From: a phage | Strand: one strand, 5' to 3' | Sequence record: PZ871096.1 | Length of the DNA stretch: 50,355 nucleotides | In this document: in pieces, positions 1-10,503 of the stretch | Numbering within the stretch: position 1 is the first letter of the stretch | Layout of the letters: each line of letters starts with the position of its first letter | Program-made: the position numbers and the translations under genes | Notes under the pieces: model-generated | What the model saw: only the letters and a program-made list of their open reading frames with translations | Told to the model about the DNA's origin: nothing | Database searches by the model: none

Positions 1-528
1 ATGGCTAAAAATGTTGAGCCTGCTGTAAAGGCATTAAATTTCAAAGAGTTATACAATAAAACTTATGGAGATATTGTTACGCTAAACAACCGCCACAAGT
101 ACACGCCGGAACAGGTTTTTGATATGGCGATCCGCTATTTCACTTGGGCCGAAGAGAATCACATCCAGGCGGCTGAAACTGCTTCCTTTCAGGGTGACGT
201 GCACGAAAGCAGAGTTTACAAGCCTCGCGTTTTCACGGTTAACGGATTCAGCTTGTATCTCGGCGTTACTGAGGCGGCTGTAAGCAAATGGCGTAAAGAG
301 CCTGGATTCTGCGATGTGATGGAGTTTGTTGATAAAGTAATTTACGAGCAAAAATTCCAGCTTGCGGCAAATAACATGATTAACGCTGGATTTATCGGTA
401 AAGAGATCGGAGTAGAGAAGCCAGCAACAGTGAGCGTTGAAGCGAGCGCGGCAGCTAATGCAAGCATTGACGCAGTAACTGCCGATGAGGTGAAAGAGGC
501 TGTGATTGATATTCTGGAGCAACTTTAA
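1..528 (+). CDS. terminase small subunit
   Basis: 175-aa ORF immediately upstream of and overlapping (ATGA) the large terminase; position and size typical of TerS; SD AGGAGG lies at the window end (50343-50348) if the sequence is circular. Confidence 0.6.
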   Translation: MAKNVEPAVKALNFKELYNKTYGDIVTLNNRHKYTPEQVFDMAIRYFTWAEENHIQAAETASFQGDVHESRVYKPRVFTVNGFSLYLGVTEAAVSKWRKEPGFCDVMEFVDKVIYEQKFQLAANNMINAGFIGKEIGVEKPATVSVEASAAANASIDAVTADEVKEAVIDILEQL

Positions 529-2096
529 TGATCATATGGGAAGATTTGACGGCGGCGCAAAAGCGAGCCATTAAAGAAATCAGTGAGCATTCATTCGAAA
601 AGATGATTAGAATCTGGTTCCAGTTATTGCAGGGGCAAAAATTCCAGAGCAACTGGCATTTTAGCTTATTGTGCAGAGAGGTAGAGAAGATCATCAATGG
701 AGAGTCGCAGAATGTGATTTTCAACATTACGCCAGGTAGCGGTAAGACTGAGATTTTCTCGATCCACATGTCACCCTACGCGTCATTGAAAAGCCGGAAG
801 GTGAGAAATCTTAACCTTTCGTTTAGTGATGGCCTTGTCCAGCAAAACAGCAACCGGATAAAGGAGATTATTGGTTCTCCTGAGTGGCAAGAGCTATGGC
901 CTGGGAAACTGGCAAAGGCGAGCGCTAAAGATCTGATAGTCACCGAAGGCGGCAAGGTTAAATTGCAAGCTAACTCACGTTCTATTGGCGGCCAGGTAAC
1001 AGGTTTGCGTGGCGGCTATATGGACGATGGTTTTACTGGTATGCTGGTTCTTGACGATCCAGACAAGCCGGATGACATGCTTTCTAAGGTTAAGCGTGAG
1101 GCGATCCACATGCGGTTAAAAAACACAGTGCGATCGCGTCGAATGAAAGACACCACGCCGATTGTTATGGTGCAACAGCGACTACACGTTAATGATTCCA
1201 CCTGGTTTATGCTTAATGGCGGGATGGGTGGTATTGAGTTTAAAGTTGTGAGCATTCCGGCGCTGGTTACGGAAGAATACCGCGAAACGCTTCCTGATTG
1301 GTTGAAGCCTGAATTTGATCGTGATGTGCTGTCAAGTAAGCCAGTTATGATAGATGGCGTTGCTCATTATTCATTCTGGCCTGCGAAGGAAAGCGCGGAG
1401 GAGTTGCTCGCATTGCGCAATGCAGATCCTTACACGTTCGCCAGCCAATACCAACAGCAACCAATCGCGCTGGGCGGGAACGTGTTTAAAACAGAGTGGT
1501 TCCAGTATTACGGCAGCGGCGAAAAATGCGCACTACCAAAACCGGATCGCTTTGAATACACATTTATTACTGGAGATACCGCGCAGAAGGCCGGAGAGCT
1601 TAACGACTATTCAGTTTTTTGTTACTGGGGGATGTATAAGAATCGCGTTTACTTCATTGATGGCATTCGCGGAAAGTGGGAAGCGCCGGATCTTGAATTA
1701 AATTTTATTGCCTTCGTTAATCAGTGCTGGAAGCGCAATAAGGAGTGTGGCAGCTTGCGACGTATCCACATTGAGGATAAGGCCAGCGGCACTGGTTTGA
1801 TTCAGGGGGCCAAAAAGAAGATCCCGATTGATATAAATCCCGTTCAGCGAAGCAATGACAAGGTAACGCGAGCAATGGACGCCGCGCCAGTGATGAGGGC
1901 CGGACGTGTGGCGCTGCCAGAAAATCACCCCATGCTGCCTGAGATACTGGCAGAGGTTGCAGCATTCACTTTTGATGATTCTCATCCCCATGATGATATT
2001 GTCGATAATATAGTTGATGCTGTTAACGTCGAAATGAACTTGGCAGATGATCCGGTGGCAAGGATGAAAAAGCTGGCTGGTCTACGCAATAAATAG
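528..2096 (+). CDS. terL: terminase large subunit
   Basis: 522 aa; ATPase and nuclease-type motifs (e.g. GMLVLDDPDKPDD Walker B-like); first gene pair of the packaging module. Confidence 0.85.
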   Translation: MIIWEDLTAAQKRAIKEISEHSFEKMIRIWFQLLQGQKFQSNWHFSLLCREVEKIINGESQNVIFNITPGSGKTEIFSIHMSPYASLKSRKVRNLNLSFSDGLVQQNSNRIKEIIGSPEWQELWPGKLAKASAKDLIVTEGGKVKLQANSRSIGGQVTGLRGGYMDDGFTGMLVLDDPDKPDDMLSKVKREAIHMRLKNTVRSRRMKDTTPIVMVQQRLHVNDSTWFMLNGGMGGIEFKVVSIPALVTEEYRETLPDWLKPEFDRDVLSSKPVMIDGVAHYSFWPAKESAEELLALRNADPYTFASQYQQQPIALGGNVFKTEWFQYYGSGEKCALPKPDRFEYTFITGDTAQKAGELNDYSVFCYWGMYKNRVYFIDGIRGKWEAPDLELNFIAFVNQCWKRNKECGSLRRIHIEDKASGTGLIQGAKKKIPIDINPVQRSNDKVTRAMDAAPVMRAGRVALPENHPMLPEILAEVAAFTFDDSHPHDDIVDNIVDAVNVEMNLADDPVARMKKLAGLRNK

Positions 2097-2123
2097 CACT
2101 AATTGCTAAAAAGTTATATAATC

Positions 2124-2149
2124 AAGGCTGGATTTTTCCAGCCTTTTTT
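2124..2149 (+). terminator. intrinsic terminator-like hairpin between terL and portal
   Basis: AAGGCTGGA-tttt-TCCAGCCTT 9-bp stem followed by T6. Confidence 0.5.
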
Positions 2150-2166
2150 ATTATGGAGATTTGACG

Positions 2167-3459
2167 ATGAGTGAAAAAACAAGGCTAGTTAAGGCCGATG
2201 GATACAACGAGATTTTCAAGGGCAGCAAGGGCAATGGGCGTGTAGAGTTGCCTTTCTTTATGCAAGGGTTCGAATACACCACGCACGCTGATTTTTACAT
2301 TCGCGACGGACTAGCAAAACGAATTATCGACGTTGTTCCAGAAGAAATGGTGACGCCTGGATTTAATATTGATGGCGTGGAAGATGAGGAAGGTTTTAGA
2401 TCTTTGTGGGATGAGAAGCGACTAAGCGATAAAATCATTGATGCGCTTTGCTGGTCGCGTCTTTTTGGTGGCGCGGCAATCGTGGCAATCGTTCAGGATG
2501 GCAGGTCGTTAAAGTCACCTGTAGCGCCTGGCGCAATCCTTGAAGATGTTCGCGTTTACGATCGCTTTCAGGTTCGCGTAGAAAAGCGCGAAACTAATCC
2601 ACGCAAGGTACGATATGGTGAGCCGTTAATTTACACCATTTCACCTGGTGCGGACTTGCCAGAATATCAGGTTCACTATTCGCGAGTCTGTATTATCGAC
2701 GGTGAGCGGCTACCAAATCAGCGACGTCAGTCAAATGATGGTTGGGGTGAGTCGATCTTGAATAAGCGACTTGTTGAGGCTATTTGTGATTATAACTACT
2801 GCGAAAACTTAGCAACTCAATTGTTGCGACGTAAGCAACAGGCGGTATGGAAAGCCAAAGGTCTTGCCGATCTTTGTGATGATGATGATGGTGTTAACGC
2901 CGCACGTTTGCGCCTTGCTCAAGTTGATGATGAGGGTGGCGTAGGCCGTGCGATCGGCATTGATGCGGAAGATGAGGAATATGATGTTTTAAATTCTGAT
3001 ATTTCCGGCGTCGATTCATTCCTGGAAAAGAAGATGGATCGCATTGTATCTCTTTCCGGCATCCATGAAATCATCCTCAAAAATAAGAACGTTGGCGGTG
3101 TTAGCGCGAGCCAAAACACGGCGCTTGAAACCTTCTACAAGCTGATCGATCGAAAGAGAAAGGAGGAATACAAACCAATCCTTGAATTTCTGATCCCGTT
3201 CCTGATTCAAGAGGAAGAATGGAGCATTCAGTTTGCGCCGTTAAGCGTTCCAAGTGAAAAGGACCAGGCCGAGATCTTGAACAAGAATATTGATTCTTTG
3301 AGCAAGGCTATTGACGGTCAATTCATGGATACAGAGGAGGCGCGCGACACATTGCGAGCCATTGCGCCTAACGTTAAACTAAAAGACGGCAATAACATTA
3401 AATTACCTGAGCAGGACGTAGAGCCGGAGCCAGGAACAACCGAGGGTAACGATCAATGA
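2167..3459 (+). CDS. portal protein
   Basis: ORF-track frame 2161-3459; first ATG at 2167 with GGAG 8 nt upstream; about 430 aa directly after terminase, canonical position. Confidence 0.8.
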   Translation: MSEKTRLVKADGYNEIFKGSKGNGRVELPFFMQGFEYTTHADFYIRDGLAKRIIDVVPEEMVTPGFNIDGVEDEEGFRSLWDEKRLSDKIIDALCWSRLFGGAAIVAIVQDGRSLKSPVAPGAILEDVRVYDRFQVRVEKRETNPRKVRYGEPLIYTISPGADLPEYQVHYSRVCIIDGERLPNQRRQSNDGWGESILNKRLVEAICDYNYCENLATQLLRRKQQAVWKAKGLADLCDDDDGVNAARLRLAQVDDEGGVGRAIGIDAEDEEYDVLNSDISGVDSFLEKKMDRIVSLSGIHEIILKNKNVGGVSASQNTALETFYKLIDRKRKEEYKPILEFLIPFLIQEEEWSIQFAPLSVPSEKDQAEILNKNIDSLSKAIDGQFMDTEEARDTLRAIAPNVKLKDGNNIKLPEQDVEPEPGTTEGNDQ

Positions 3460-4211
3460 TAGTGAAAGGCGTCGTTAAACAATGGCGCTTTCCTGAAGCA
3501 AGCGAGCGGCAATTGCGCCGCTCAATTCAGGAGGCGATAAGGGATCTTGTTGTGCTGATGCGCAGCAAAACAAAGGAAATGAAATTTGACGCGGACACCG
3601 AAGAAATCAACGCCGCAGAGGATGAGATTAGTAGCTTTGCGTTAAAGCTAATAGCTGGCATTGTCGCATCACTTCCGGCTATCGGCCTTGCTGTTTATAA
3701 GTTCAACGCGAAGCAATTTATTAACGTGGCGAAATCAACGGGAGGCAAGTCAAATCCCGCCGTTATCATCCTTATGGCTATTGGGGCCAATGCGAATGAG
3801 AGTTGGTATAGGACGCTATACGGTCAATGGCATGACATGACGATCGCATCGCTTCAAAAACTATTTGGAAACATCGTGTCTGACTGGTCAACCAATATCA
3901 GATCGGCAAACTTTCGCGGAATGAGAGATAGTCAGATTAATGAGTTGGCTGGTAAGAGGTTCGCAGTGTATAGCTCTTGGGGTAAGACTAGGGCTGAAAA
4001 CATCATAGGCGCTTGGAATAGTAGACTCATGCGCCAGCGTCTGTATGATGCAAAAGTAACTCATTATTTTTGGCATGGTATGCTTGATGACAGAGAGCGA
4101 TTGCAGCATGTACAATGGGAAGGTAAGCGCATTGCGCTAGATTCTGAACATGATTTTCCTGGTGAGCCTTTCGGTTGTCGTTGTTGGGCCATACCAGACT
4201 GGAACAGTTAA
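3456..4211 (+). CDS. head morphogenesis / minor capsid protein (SPP1 gp7-like)
   Basis: 251 aa, ATGA overlap with portal stop; conserved position after portal. Confidence 0.65.
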   Translation: MIVKGVVKQWRFPEASERQLRRSIQEAIRDLVVLMRSKTKEMKFDADTEEINAAEDEISSFALKLIAGIVASLPAIGLAVYKFNAKQFINVAKSTGGKSNPAVIILMAIGANANESWYRTLYGQWHDMTIASLQKLFGNIVSDWSTNIRSANFRGMRDSQINELAGKRFAVYSSWGKTRAENIIGAWNSRLMRQRLYDAKVTHYFWHGMLDDRERLQHVQWEGKRIALDSEHDFPGEPFGCRCWAIPDWNS

Positions 4212-4221
4212 GAGGTATTAA

Positions 4222-5337
4222 ATGAAAGCAAAACAAAGATTTGATAGCGCCAAAGTAAAGGCGCACTTTGATGATAACGGGTTTTTAGTTGATCGCCCTA
4301 TCGTGGCGCGAATTGGTTTACAAGTCTATCAGACTCCTTTCGGTGAGCGCCGAGAATTTCGTCCGGCGTCCGAAGTATTCAAGGCCGACTCGCTCGCCAC
4401 CTTCGCAGGGAAGCCAGTCACGGTTGGTCACGTCACGGTAACGCCAGAAAACGCCGAAAAGGTTGTGGTTGGTTCTTGTGCTGGCGCTGGTGTGCCGAAC
4501 GGGATCGGCGTAGAGGTTCCGTTAAGCATTTACTCAAAACGAGCAATCGAAAGCGCGAAGAAGCGAGACACGGCGGAAATTTCAGTTGGTTATACATCGG
4601 TTGATATTGATAAACCAGGCTGGGGCAATAATAAAACTGGTGAGTACGTTTTCGATGAGGACGTTAGCGAAGACTGGAAACCTGATTCTCCTGATTGGGT
4701 TAAGTTTGATGCAATCCAGACTGAAATCAAGGTAAACCACATCGCGTTAGTTTTCCGAGGTCGAGCTGGCATTGCAAAATTAAACCTTGATAGCCAGCAA
4801 GATTTTCCGTATAGTGACGACGTTATTAACAACAAAGAGGATCAAATCATGACTGTAAAAATTAAACTGGATGGCGCTGTAGAGTTTGACGTGCCGAAAG
4901 CAGTTGCGGATCACATTGAATCACTGAAAGCTGATGCCAAAGCACAGAAAGAAAAGGCGGACGGCCTGGAAGCTGAGCGAGACGCACTGCAAACCAAAGT
5001 AGATGGCATTCAGGATCAGATTGATGCCGCAGTCAAGAAGGCCAAAGAAGATGCCGAGCAATATGCTCAATTAGTGGCAGACGCTAAAGAGTTAGGCATC
5101 AAGTGCGACGGTCTGGATGCGAAAGCAATCAAGGTTGCATACATCAAAGAAGTTATGGGTAATGACGTTTCTGATAAAGCTGATGCCTATATCGAAACAG
5201 CTTTCGACATCGCCAAAAACTCTGATAAAATGGCGGCGCAGCGTAAGAGTATTAAAGGTGACTCTTTCGCTAATGAAAAACAGGATGACGCAGGTTGCAA
5301 GCTGAATCCTAACGCTCGTTTTGAGAAACTGAAATAA
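4222..5337 (+). CDS. capsid scaffolding / maturation protein
   Basis: 371 aa; globular N-terminal half plus long Ala/Lys/Glu/Asp-rich coiled-coil C-terminal half; sits between portal and capsid genes. Confidence 0.55.
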   Translation: MKAKQRFDSAKVKAHFDDNGFLVDRPIVARIGLQVYQTPFGERREFRPASEVFKADSLATFAGKPVTVGHVTVTPENAEKVVVGSCAGAGVPNGIGVEVPLSIYSKRAIESAKKRDTAEISVGYTSVDIDKPGWGNNKTGEYVFDEDVSEDWKPDSPDWVKFDAIQTEIKVNHIALVFRGRAGIAKLNLDSQQDFPYSDDVINNKEDQIMTVKIKLDGAVEFDVPKAVADHIESLKADAKAQKEKADGLEAERDALQTKVDGIQDQIDAAVKKAKEDAEQYAQLVADAKELGIKCDGLDAKAIKVAYIKEVMGNDVSDKADAYIETAFDIAKNSDKMAAQRKSIKGDSFANEKQDDAGCKLNPNARFEKLK

Positions 5338-5349
5338 GGAGTAATTAAA

Positions 5350-5859
5350 ATGGCTAAAATTGGAGCAAGTTATTTTGACACTATGGCGCGCGCGCTTCCT
5401 GGTCAGGTATCCGACACGTCTGCATATAACATCGACGGCGCTTGCGTTCTTGACAAGGAAGACGGCATCCCAATCCTGGTTGGCGTGGCTGTTAAGCTAA
5501 AAGGCGTTGACTCAATGGGTAATAAGCTGATCGACGCTATTTCTGGTGATGGTGATGTTCCTTATGGCGTTGGCATCCGCTCGCACTTTCAAACCACGGC
5601 TGATAATGGGCGAATGGTTTATGAGGCTGGAGGCGGAATCAACGTTATGACCGAGGGCCGTGTTTGGATGATTGGCGATGATTCCGACAAGAACAAAAAT
5701 CCATTGTATCGTGAGCCTGTAAAAATTGATGAAAACACTGGCAAGGTGAAAAGTACTGGCACTATCAATACTAACTGGATTTACACTGGTGATAAAACCA
5801 CATTTGGAACTGGCGAAGATGCGTTGACTTTGTTTGAAGTTCAAGTCTTCCCAAGCTAA
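5350..5859 (+). CDS. head decoration-like structural protein (paralog 1)
   Basis: 169 aa; shares YNIDG...INV(M/L)T(E/R)G(R/V)VW motifs with the next ORF; located before major capsid gene. Confidence 0.5.
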   Translation: MAKIGASYFDTMARALPGQVSDTSAYNIDGACVLDKEDGIPILVGVAVKLKGVDSMGNKLIDAISGDGDVPYGVGIRSHFQTTADNGRMVYEAGGGINVMTEGRVWMIGDDSDKNKNPLYREPVKIDENTGKVKSTGTINTNWIYTGDKTTFGTGEDALTLFEVQVFPS

Positions 5860-5864
5860 AATAA

Positions 5865-5890
5865 AGGCGCTCGCTTGAGCGCCTTTTTTA
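5865..5890 (+). terminator. intrinsic terminator
   Basis: AGGCGCTC-gctt-GAGCGCCT 8-bp stem followed by T6. Confidence 0.7.
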
Positions 5891-5909
5891 TTATATAAGG
5901 AGAAATGAA

Positions 5910-6692
5910 ATGGATAAAGATTATTCATCTGTCATGGGTCTTTCTTGCCCTGGTTGTTTGGTTGATTCTACTCGCTACAATATTGATGGTACTGGAGTTT
6001 GTGGTTCTGAATCGATCATTGCTGGTAAGGTTGTTTTCTTTAAGGAGAGAATCGGCGGTTACAACATATTTGTTGACCACAAAGAGGAGGACGCTGTGGT
6101 TGCGGGTGTTGCGCTAAGGAGCAACATAACAACGACAGTTAACGAGGAAGACGGGTATTCCGACTACAAGGAAGGAGACGCCATCAACATTTTGACAAGA
6201 GGTGTTGTATGGTGTGTAACTCAAACAATTGAATCTCCCCCTGAGCATGGGGATCTTGTTTATGTTAACAATGATGGTTTTGTAGCAAAGAGTGATGGCG
6301 ATGAAATCGTCGATGGCTGGATTTTTACTGGTGACTTCTACAAGTTTGATGAAACAATAAACATAGTCGGAGTCAGAATAACGCCGCTTTATCATAGAAA
6401 ATATCTTCTCACTGGTGCGATCATTGAAGCTGAAAATGGATACATAGAGGGGACAGAGACGATCAATAACGTTCAATTAAAGGTAACAGTTGTTCCGACT
6501 TGGGCTGATGACAAAACGGGTCAGTGGACAATTACAAACCCACAAGATCCAAAGGTTGCCAGTGTTAGCCGCACAGGTCTTGTTGTTCCTACTGGTGTAG
6601 GAGGCAGAGTTAACGTCAACTGGACTGCTAATGATGGTTCTGGAGTTGCTGACCAGTTTGATATTGTATTTACGAAAACCGCTGGCGAATAA
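5910..6692 (+). CDS. head decoration-like structural protein with C-terminal Ig-like domain (paralog 2)
   Basis: 260 aa; N-terminal similarity to 5350-5859 product; C-terminal Big_2-like stretch (VNVNWTANDGSGVADQFDIVF); SD AGGAG 7 nt upstream of ATG 5910. Confidence 0.5.
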   Translation: MDKDYSSVMGLSCPGCLVDSTRYNIDGTGVCGSESIIAGKVVFFKERIGGYNIFVDHKEEDAVVAGVALRSNITTTVNEEDGYSDYKEGDAINILTRGVVWCVTQTIESPPEHGDLVYVNNDGFVAKSDGDEIVDGWIFTGDFYKFDETINIVGVRITPLYHRKYLLTGAIIEAENGYIEGTETINNVQLKVTVVPTWADDKTGQWTITNPQDPKVASVSRTGLVVPTGVGGRVNVNWTANDGSGVADQFDIVFTKTAGE

Positions 6693-6741
6693 CTAATAGC
6701 ATAAAAAAACATTGCACGTTTAACAAAAAGTGCTATCATCT

Positions 6742-6768
6742 AGGCCGTTACATTTAACGGCCTTTTTT
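6742..6768 (+). terminator. intrinsic terminator immediately upstream of the capsid gene SD
   Basis: AGGCCGTTA-catt-TAACGGCCT 9-bp stem followed by T6. Confidence 0.65.
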
Positions 6769-6782
6769 ATGGAGGGAGCAAA

Positions 6783-7754
6783 ATGGCTAAAAAATATGAT
6801 GAACTAGATGCTACGATTGTAGCGAATCATTTGCAGATTCAGGGTGTTAAGACCGACGCTTCTGATATGGGTATTTGGACCGCTCAAGAGCTACACAAGA
6901 TCCGCTCTACCGCATACGAGAAAGAGTATCCGGCAGGTTCCGCGCTTCGCGTATTCCCTGTAACAAACGAGCTTTCTGATACTGACAAGACTTTCGAGTA
7001 TCAGACTTTTGATAAGGTTGGCTACGCGAAAATTATCGCCGACTACACCGATGATCTGCCGACTGTTGACGCGTTGATGACTTCTGAGTTTGGCAAAGTG
7101 TTCCGCCTGGGTAACGCTTATCTGATCTCCATTGATGAGATTAAAGCAGGTCAGCGAACTGGCAAGAGCCTGTCAACTCGCAAGGCTAACGCTGCGCAAA
7201 ATGCGCATGATCAGTTGATTAACTTCCTAGTGTTCAAAGGTTCCAAGCCTCATAAGATCGTTTCCGTTTTCGATCATCCTAACCTTACGAAAATTGCATC
7301 CAAAGGCTGGATGAGCAATGACGGCAATACCAAGTTCCCGCAGGTAGCAAGCGATGAACTGGAGGCCGCAATCGAAACGATCGAGGAAGTAACAAAAGGC
7401 CAGCACCGAGCGACTAACATCCTGATCCCGCCGTCCATGCGCAAAGTCCTGACGGTTCGAATGGAAAATACCACTGAAAGTTATCTGGAATACTTCCAGA
7501 AGCAAAACGGCGGTATCACTATCGACTCTATCGCAGAGCTTGAGGATATTGACGGCAAAGGTACGAAAGGTTGCTTGGTTTACGAAAAAGATCCAATGAA
7601 CATGAGCATTGAGATTCCAGAAGCGTTTAACATGCTTCCGGCGCAGCCAAAAGACCTTCATTTCAAGGTTCCTTGCACTTCCAAGTGTACTGGCCTTACG
7701 ATTTATCGTCCGTTTACGATGGTGCTTATTACTGGCTTGAAAAAAGCTGAGTAA
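6783..7754 (+). CDS. major capsid protein
   Basis: 323 aa; strong SD GGAGGG; size and position of a lambda-E/T1-type major head protein. Confidence 0.8.
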   Translation: MAKKYDELDATIVANHLQIQGVKTDASDMGIWTAQELHKIRSTAYEKEYPAGSALRVFPVTNELSDTDKTFEYQTFDKVGYAKIIADYTDDLPTVDALMTSEFGKVFRLGNAYLISIDEIKAGQRTGKSLSTRKANAAQNAHDQLINFLVFKGSKPHKIVSVFDHPNLTKIASKGWMSNDGNTKFPQVASDELEAAIETIEEVTKGQHRATNILIPPSMRKVLTVRMENTTESYLEYFQKQNGGITIDSIAELEDIDGKGTKGCLVYEKDPMNMSIEIPEAFNMLPAQPKDLHFKVPCTSKCTGLTIYRPFTMVLITGLKKAE

Positions 7755-7765
7755 TTAGATAACAT

Positions 7766-7794
7766 GGGGAGCCTTAAGGGTTCCCCTTTTTTTA
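7766..7794 (+). terminator. intrinsic terminator after capsid gene
   Basis: GGGGAGCCTT/AAGGGTTCCCC imperfect hairpin followed by T7. Confidence 0.6.
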
Positions 7795-7811
7795 TTTATG
7801 GAGTACACAAA

Positions 7812-8078
7812 ATGAGCAAGACTTTAAAACTTAAAGTAACTGGCGTTTGCATGATTATTATGGACGGTAAGCGTTATCATCCTGGTGATGAAATTGAAAT
7901 TGAATCCGATCGCATTAATGATTCCGCAGTTGAATACCTGATCGCTCGCGGTGATGTGGAAGTTAAAGACAATTCCGAAATTAACGAGCAAATCAAGGCG
8001 AAAGCGGAGAAGAAGCGCAAAAAAGATCCTACCGAGGGTAAGAGCCGCAAAGAGCTAGAGGATGGCGGCGAATATTAA
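7812..8078 (+). CDS. hypothetical protein (head-tail region)
   Basis: ORF-track frame 7764-8078; first ATG at 7812 after the terminator, SD GGAG; 88 aa. Confidence 0.5.
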   Translation: MSKTLKLKVTGVCMIIMDGKRYHPGDEIEIESDRINDSAVEYLIARGDVEVKDNSEINEQIKAKAEKKRKKDPTEGKSRKELEDGGEY

Positions 8079-8124
8079 TAATTGGGGCGCTTATGCGCCC
8101 TTTGTCACATCTGGAGAAAACAAA

Positions 8125-8544
8125 ATGGTAGATGAATTTTACACAGACGCTGAAATCGTTCAGCAAATCGTAAAGTTGGCCCCGCCAATGCAACAGGTTG
8201 ATCCCGATTTAATTGTGGCATGGATTGAGCTTGCTAAAGAGTTTGTTTGCAAAAAACGGTTTAAAAACTCATACCCGAAAGCGGTTGCGCTTTACACTCT
8301 TCACCTTATGACCTTAGACGGGGCAATGAAACAGGAAGGTGAAAGCGTAGAGAGCTACTCCCGCCGCGTTGCCTCGTTCACTCTGACTGGTGAGTTTAGT
8401 CAGACGTTTGATCGAATTTCTTCCGATACAAGCGGAAAGCAGATCCGACAAACGCCGTGGGGCAAAATGTACGAAGTGTTAAACCGTAAGCACGGTGGCG
8501 GCTTTGGCCTTGTGACTGGATTGCGCCGGAGATGCTGCCGATGA
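8125..8544 (+). CDS. head-tail connector protein (position-based)
   Basis: ORF-track frame 8062-8544; start moved to ATG 8125 (SD GGAG) because a GGGCGC/GCGCCC hairpin lies at 8085-8100 inside the longer frame. Confidence 0.5.
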   Translation: MVDEFYTDAEIVQQIVKLAPPMQQVDPDLIVAWIELAKEFVCKKRFKNSYPKAVALYTLHLMTLDGAMKQEGESVESYSRRVASFTLTGEFSQTFDRISSDTSGKQIRQTPWGKMYEVLNRKHGGGFGLVTGLRRRCCR

Positions 8545-8912
8545 ACTACAATGAGATTGCAAGAATGGCTACGGCTGGGATTAACTTTTTCAGCGACGCT
8601 AACGGTATGTTTAAGTGCATCACGCAGCAGGGAGGGGTTGAGATTATCGGAGGAGAGGAAGTTACCAAGCCGGAGATTTCAGTGATGATAAAGGGGCTTG
8701 TTAGATCTCCGAGGACTAGAGAGGTTGACGGTGAAACAATCCGAGTAACCGACAAGCTGGGAATATTCACCAATGAAACTGAGATCAAAAATGGTTATCA
8801 GATTGAAATTGATGGTGAACGTTATGTTGTCGTTGAAGCAAGACCAGTCAGGCAGACTAACATCACGGCGGCTTATCGTCCGATATTAAGGAGGATTGCT
8901 GTGCATGGCTGA
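8532..8912 (+). CDS. head-tail joining / head closure protein (position-based)
   Basis: 126 aa; overlaps previous gene; synteny. Confidence 0.45.
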   Translation: MLPMNYNEIARMATAGINFFSDANGMFKCITQQGGVEIIGGEEVTKPEISVMIKGLVRSPRTREVDGETIRVTDKLGIFTNETEIKNGYQIEIDGERYVVVEARPVRQTNITAAYRPILRRIAVHG

Positions 8913-9348
8913 TAATTATAAGATCAGGGAATTTCACGGTGATATAAGCAGGTGGATTGATTCAGTAAGCAGCGGCCTTGTTGATTGCGTTGAAATGTTC
9001 GCGACAAACGTCCACGAGGATCTTGTAAATCGCTCGCCAGTTGATACGGGCCGATATAAAGCCAACTGGCAGATAACAGCAAACAAGCCGCCGCTATATG
9101 CGCTCAACCAATACGATCGCGATGGTGGTAAAACCATTGCAGAAGGTAAGCGAGCAATATATGCAATCATGCGTGGCGGTGGCGCGGTGCGATCAATCTA
9201 TTTTTCAAACATGCTCATTTACGCCAACGCGCTTGAATACGGGCATTCAAAACAAGCGCCGTCCGGCGTACTTGGAATCGTGGCGGTAAAGCTGCGATCT
9301 TATATGGCTAAGGCAATAAAGGATTCGAGGGCAAAAAATGCACTATGA
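8905..9348 (+). CDS. tail-neck component (position-based)
   Basis: ATG 8905 preceded by AAGGAGGA; 147 aa. Confidence 0.45.
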   Translation: MADNYKIREFHGDISRWIDSVSSGLVDCVEMFATNVHEDLVNRSPVDTGRYKANWQITANKPPLYALNQYDRDGGKTIAEGKRAIYAIMRGGGAVRSIYFSNMLIYANALEYGHSKQAPSGVLGIVAVKLRSYMAKAIKDSRAKNAL

Positions 9349-9739
9349 TTTAATGTTGGCGGCAAGAAAGGCGCTGGCGGCTGAATATGAATCACGATTT
9401 AAGATAGCCTATGAAAACGTTGATTTTGTTCCGCCTGGAGATGGTTCTATGTGGTTAAAATTTAACTACATGGAAGCAGACACGGATCGCATATCTCTTG
9501 ATAGAAAATGTGTTTCTTATATCGGTTTGGTTCAGGTTGGGATTGTCATTCCTCCTGGCGGTGGCACTGATAAAGCGCGTTTGCTGGCTAAAGAGATTGC
9601 GAGATTTTTCTATGATGGTAGAATGATTGAAACTGGCTATATTAGCGAGGGGGCAAACGTCCACGCATTACTAAAAAGTGAAACAGGTTGGTTATTGCCG
9701 ATCCGTTTCAGTGTTAGGCTTGATACAAAGGAGGAATAA
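9338..9739 (+). CDS. tail completion / terminator-like protein (position-based)
   Basis: 133 aa immediately upstream of major tail protein gene. Confidence 0.45.
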   Translation: MHYDLMLAARKALAAEYESRFKIAYENVDFVPPGDGSMWLKFNYMEADTDRISLDRKCVSYIGLVQVGIVIPPGGGTDKARLLAKEIARFFYDGRMIETGYISEGANVHALLKSETGWLLPIRFSVRLDTKEE

Positions 9740-9741
9740 TC

Positions 9742-10404
9742 ATGCACTTGCCTAATGGTTCTCAAATTTTCATCGGCGTTAATATGGGTAAGCCAATTCA
9801 AGCTACTGATATTTCAAACGCTAAAGATCCGGTTTTTACTGTTAGTGATTCACAGCAGATCAAGAAGGGTGCTTATGTTCTGATTGAAACATCTCCTTGG
9901 GGTAAACTGGTTAGTCGTGTGTTGCGAGTAAAAGAAGTATCTGATAACGCAAGCGTAACTCTTGAAGGTGTAGACACAACCGATCAAAACGTGTTTCCGG
10001 CTGGTTCTAATACAGCAACCTTCCGAGAAGTAAAATCATGGGTAGAGATTCCTTGCGTACAGGATCTTGCGCAGGACGGCGGCGAGCAACAGTATTACAC
10101 TTATCAGTGTTTGGCTGACGACCAGGAGCAGCAGTTACCGACCTATAAGAGCGCCGTTTCTCTTACCTACACTTTCGCGCATGAATATGATAACCCGATT
10201 TATCCGATCTTGCGCGAGGCTGAGGAATCCGGCGACGTAACCGCTTTGCGTATGTACGTTCCGAAAGCTAAAGAGATGCGTTGCTGGGCTGGCGTATTGT
10301 CCTTTAATGACATTCCGCAAACCACTATGAACGAAATGGAAACTGTTTCCCTTTCCGTATCTCTGAAAGGTCGATTTACGCTCTTATCTTCCGACATCAA
10401 TTAA
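9742..10404 (+). CDS. major tail protein
   Basis: 220 aa; SD AAGGAGG; followed by strong terminator and then chaperone/tape-measure genes. Confidence 0.65.
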   Translation: MHLPNGSQIFIGVNMGKPIQATDISNAKDPVFTVSDSQQIKKGAYVLIETSPWGKLVSRVLRVKEVSDNASVTLEGVDTTDQNVFPAGSNTATFREVKSWVEIPCVQDLAQDGGEQQYYTYQCLADDQEQQLPTYKSAVSLTYTFAHEYDNPIYPILREAEESGDVTALRMYVPKAKEMRCWAGVLSFNDIPQTTMNEMETVSLSVSLKGRFTLLSSDIN

Positions 10405-10409
10405 AACAA

Positions 10410-10430
10410 GGGGCGTTGCGCCCCTTTTTT
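10410..10430 (+). terminator. intrinsic terminator after major tail gene
   Basis: GGGGCG-ttg-CGCCCC followed by T6. Confidence 0.7.
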
Positions 10431-10503
10431 CATTCCTGTAAAATCAATCTATCAAATAAATTAATTCCACTTTTAACAAAAAGTGCTATAAGGAGATCTT
10501 GAG

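Noticed and set aside
82-522. 146-aa minus-strand ORF inside the terminase small subunit gene
   Set aside because: Fully antisense to a well-supported gene in a unidirectional module; no SD; typical shadow ORF.
5905-6117. 70-aa hydrophobic ORF starting at ATG 5905
   Set aside because: SD is only 2 nt from this ATG, while the overlapping 260-aa ORF starts at 5910 with ideal spacing.
8062-8124. Longer N-terminus for the connector gene starting at ATG 8062
   Set aside because: A GGGCGC/GCGCCC hairpin lies inside this extension and ATG 8125 has a proper SD.
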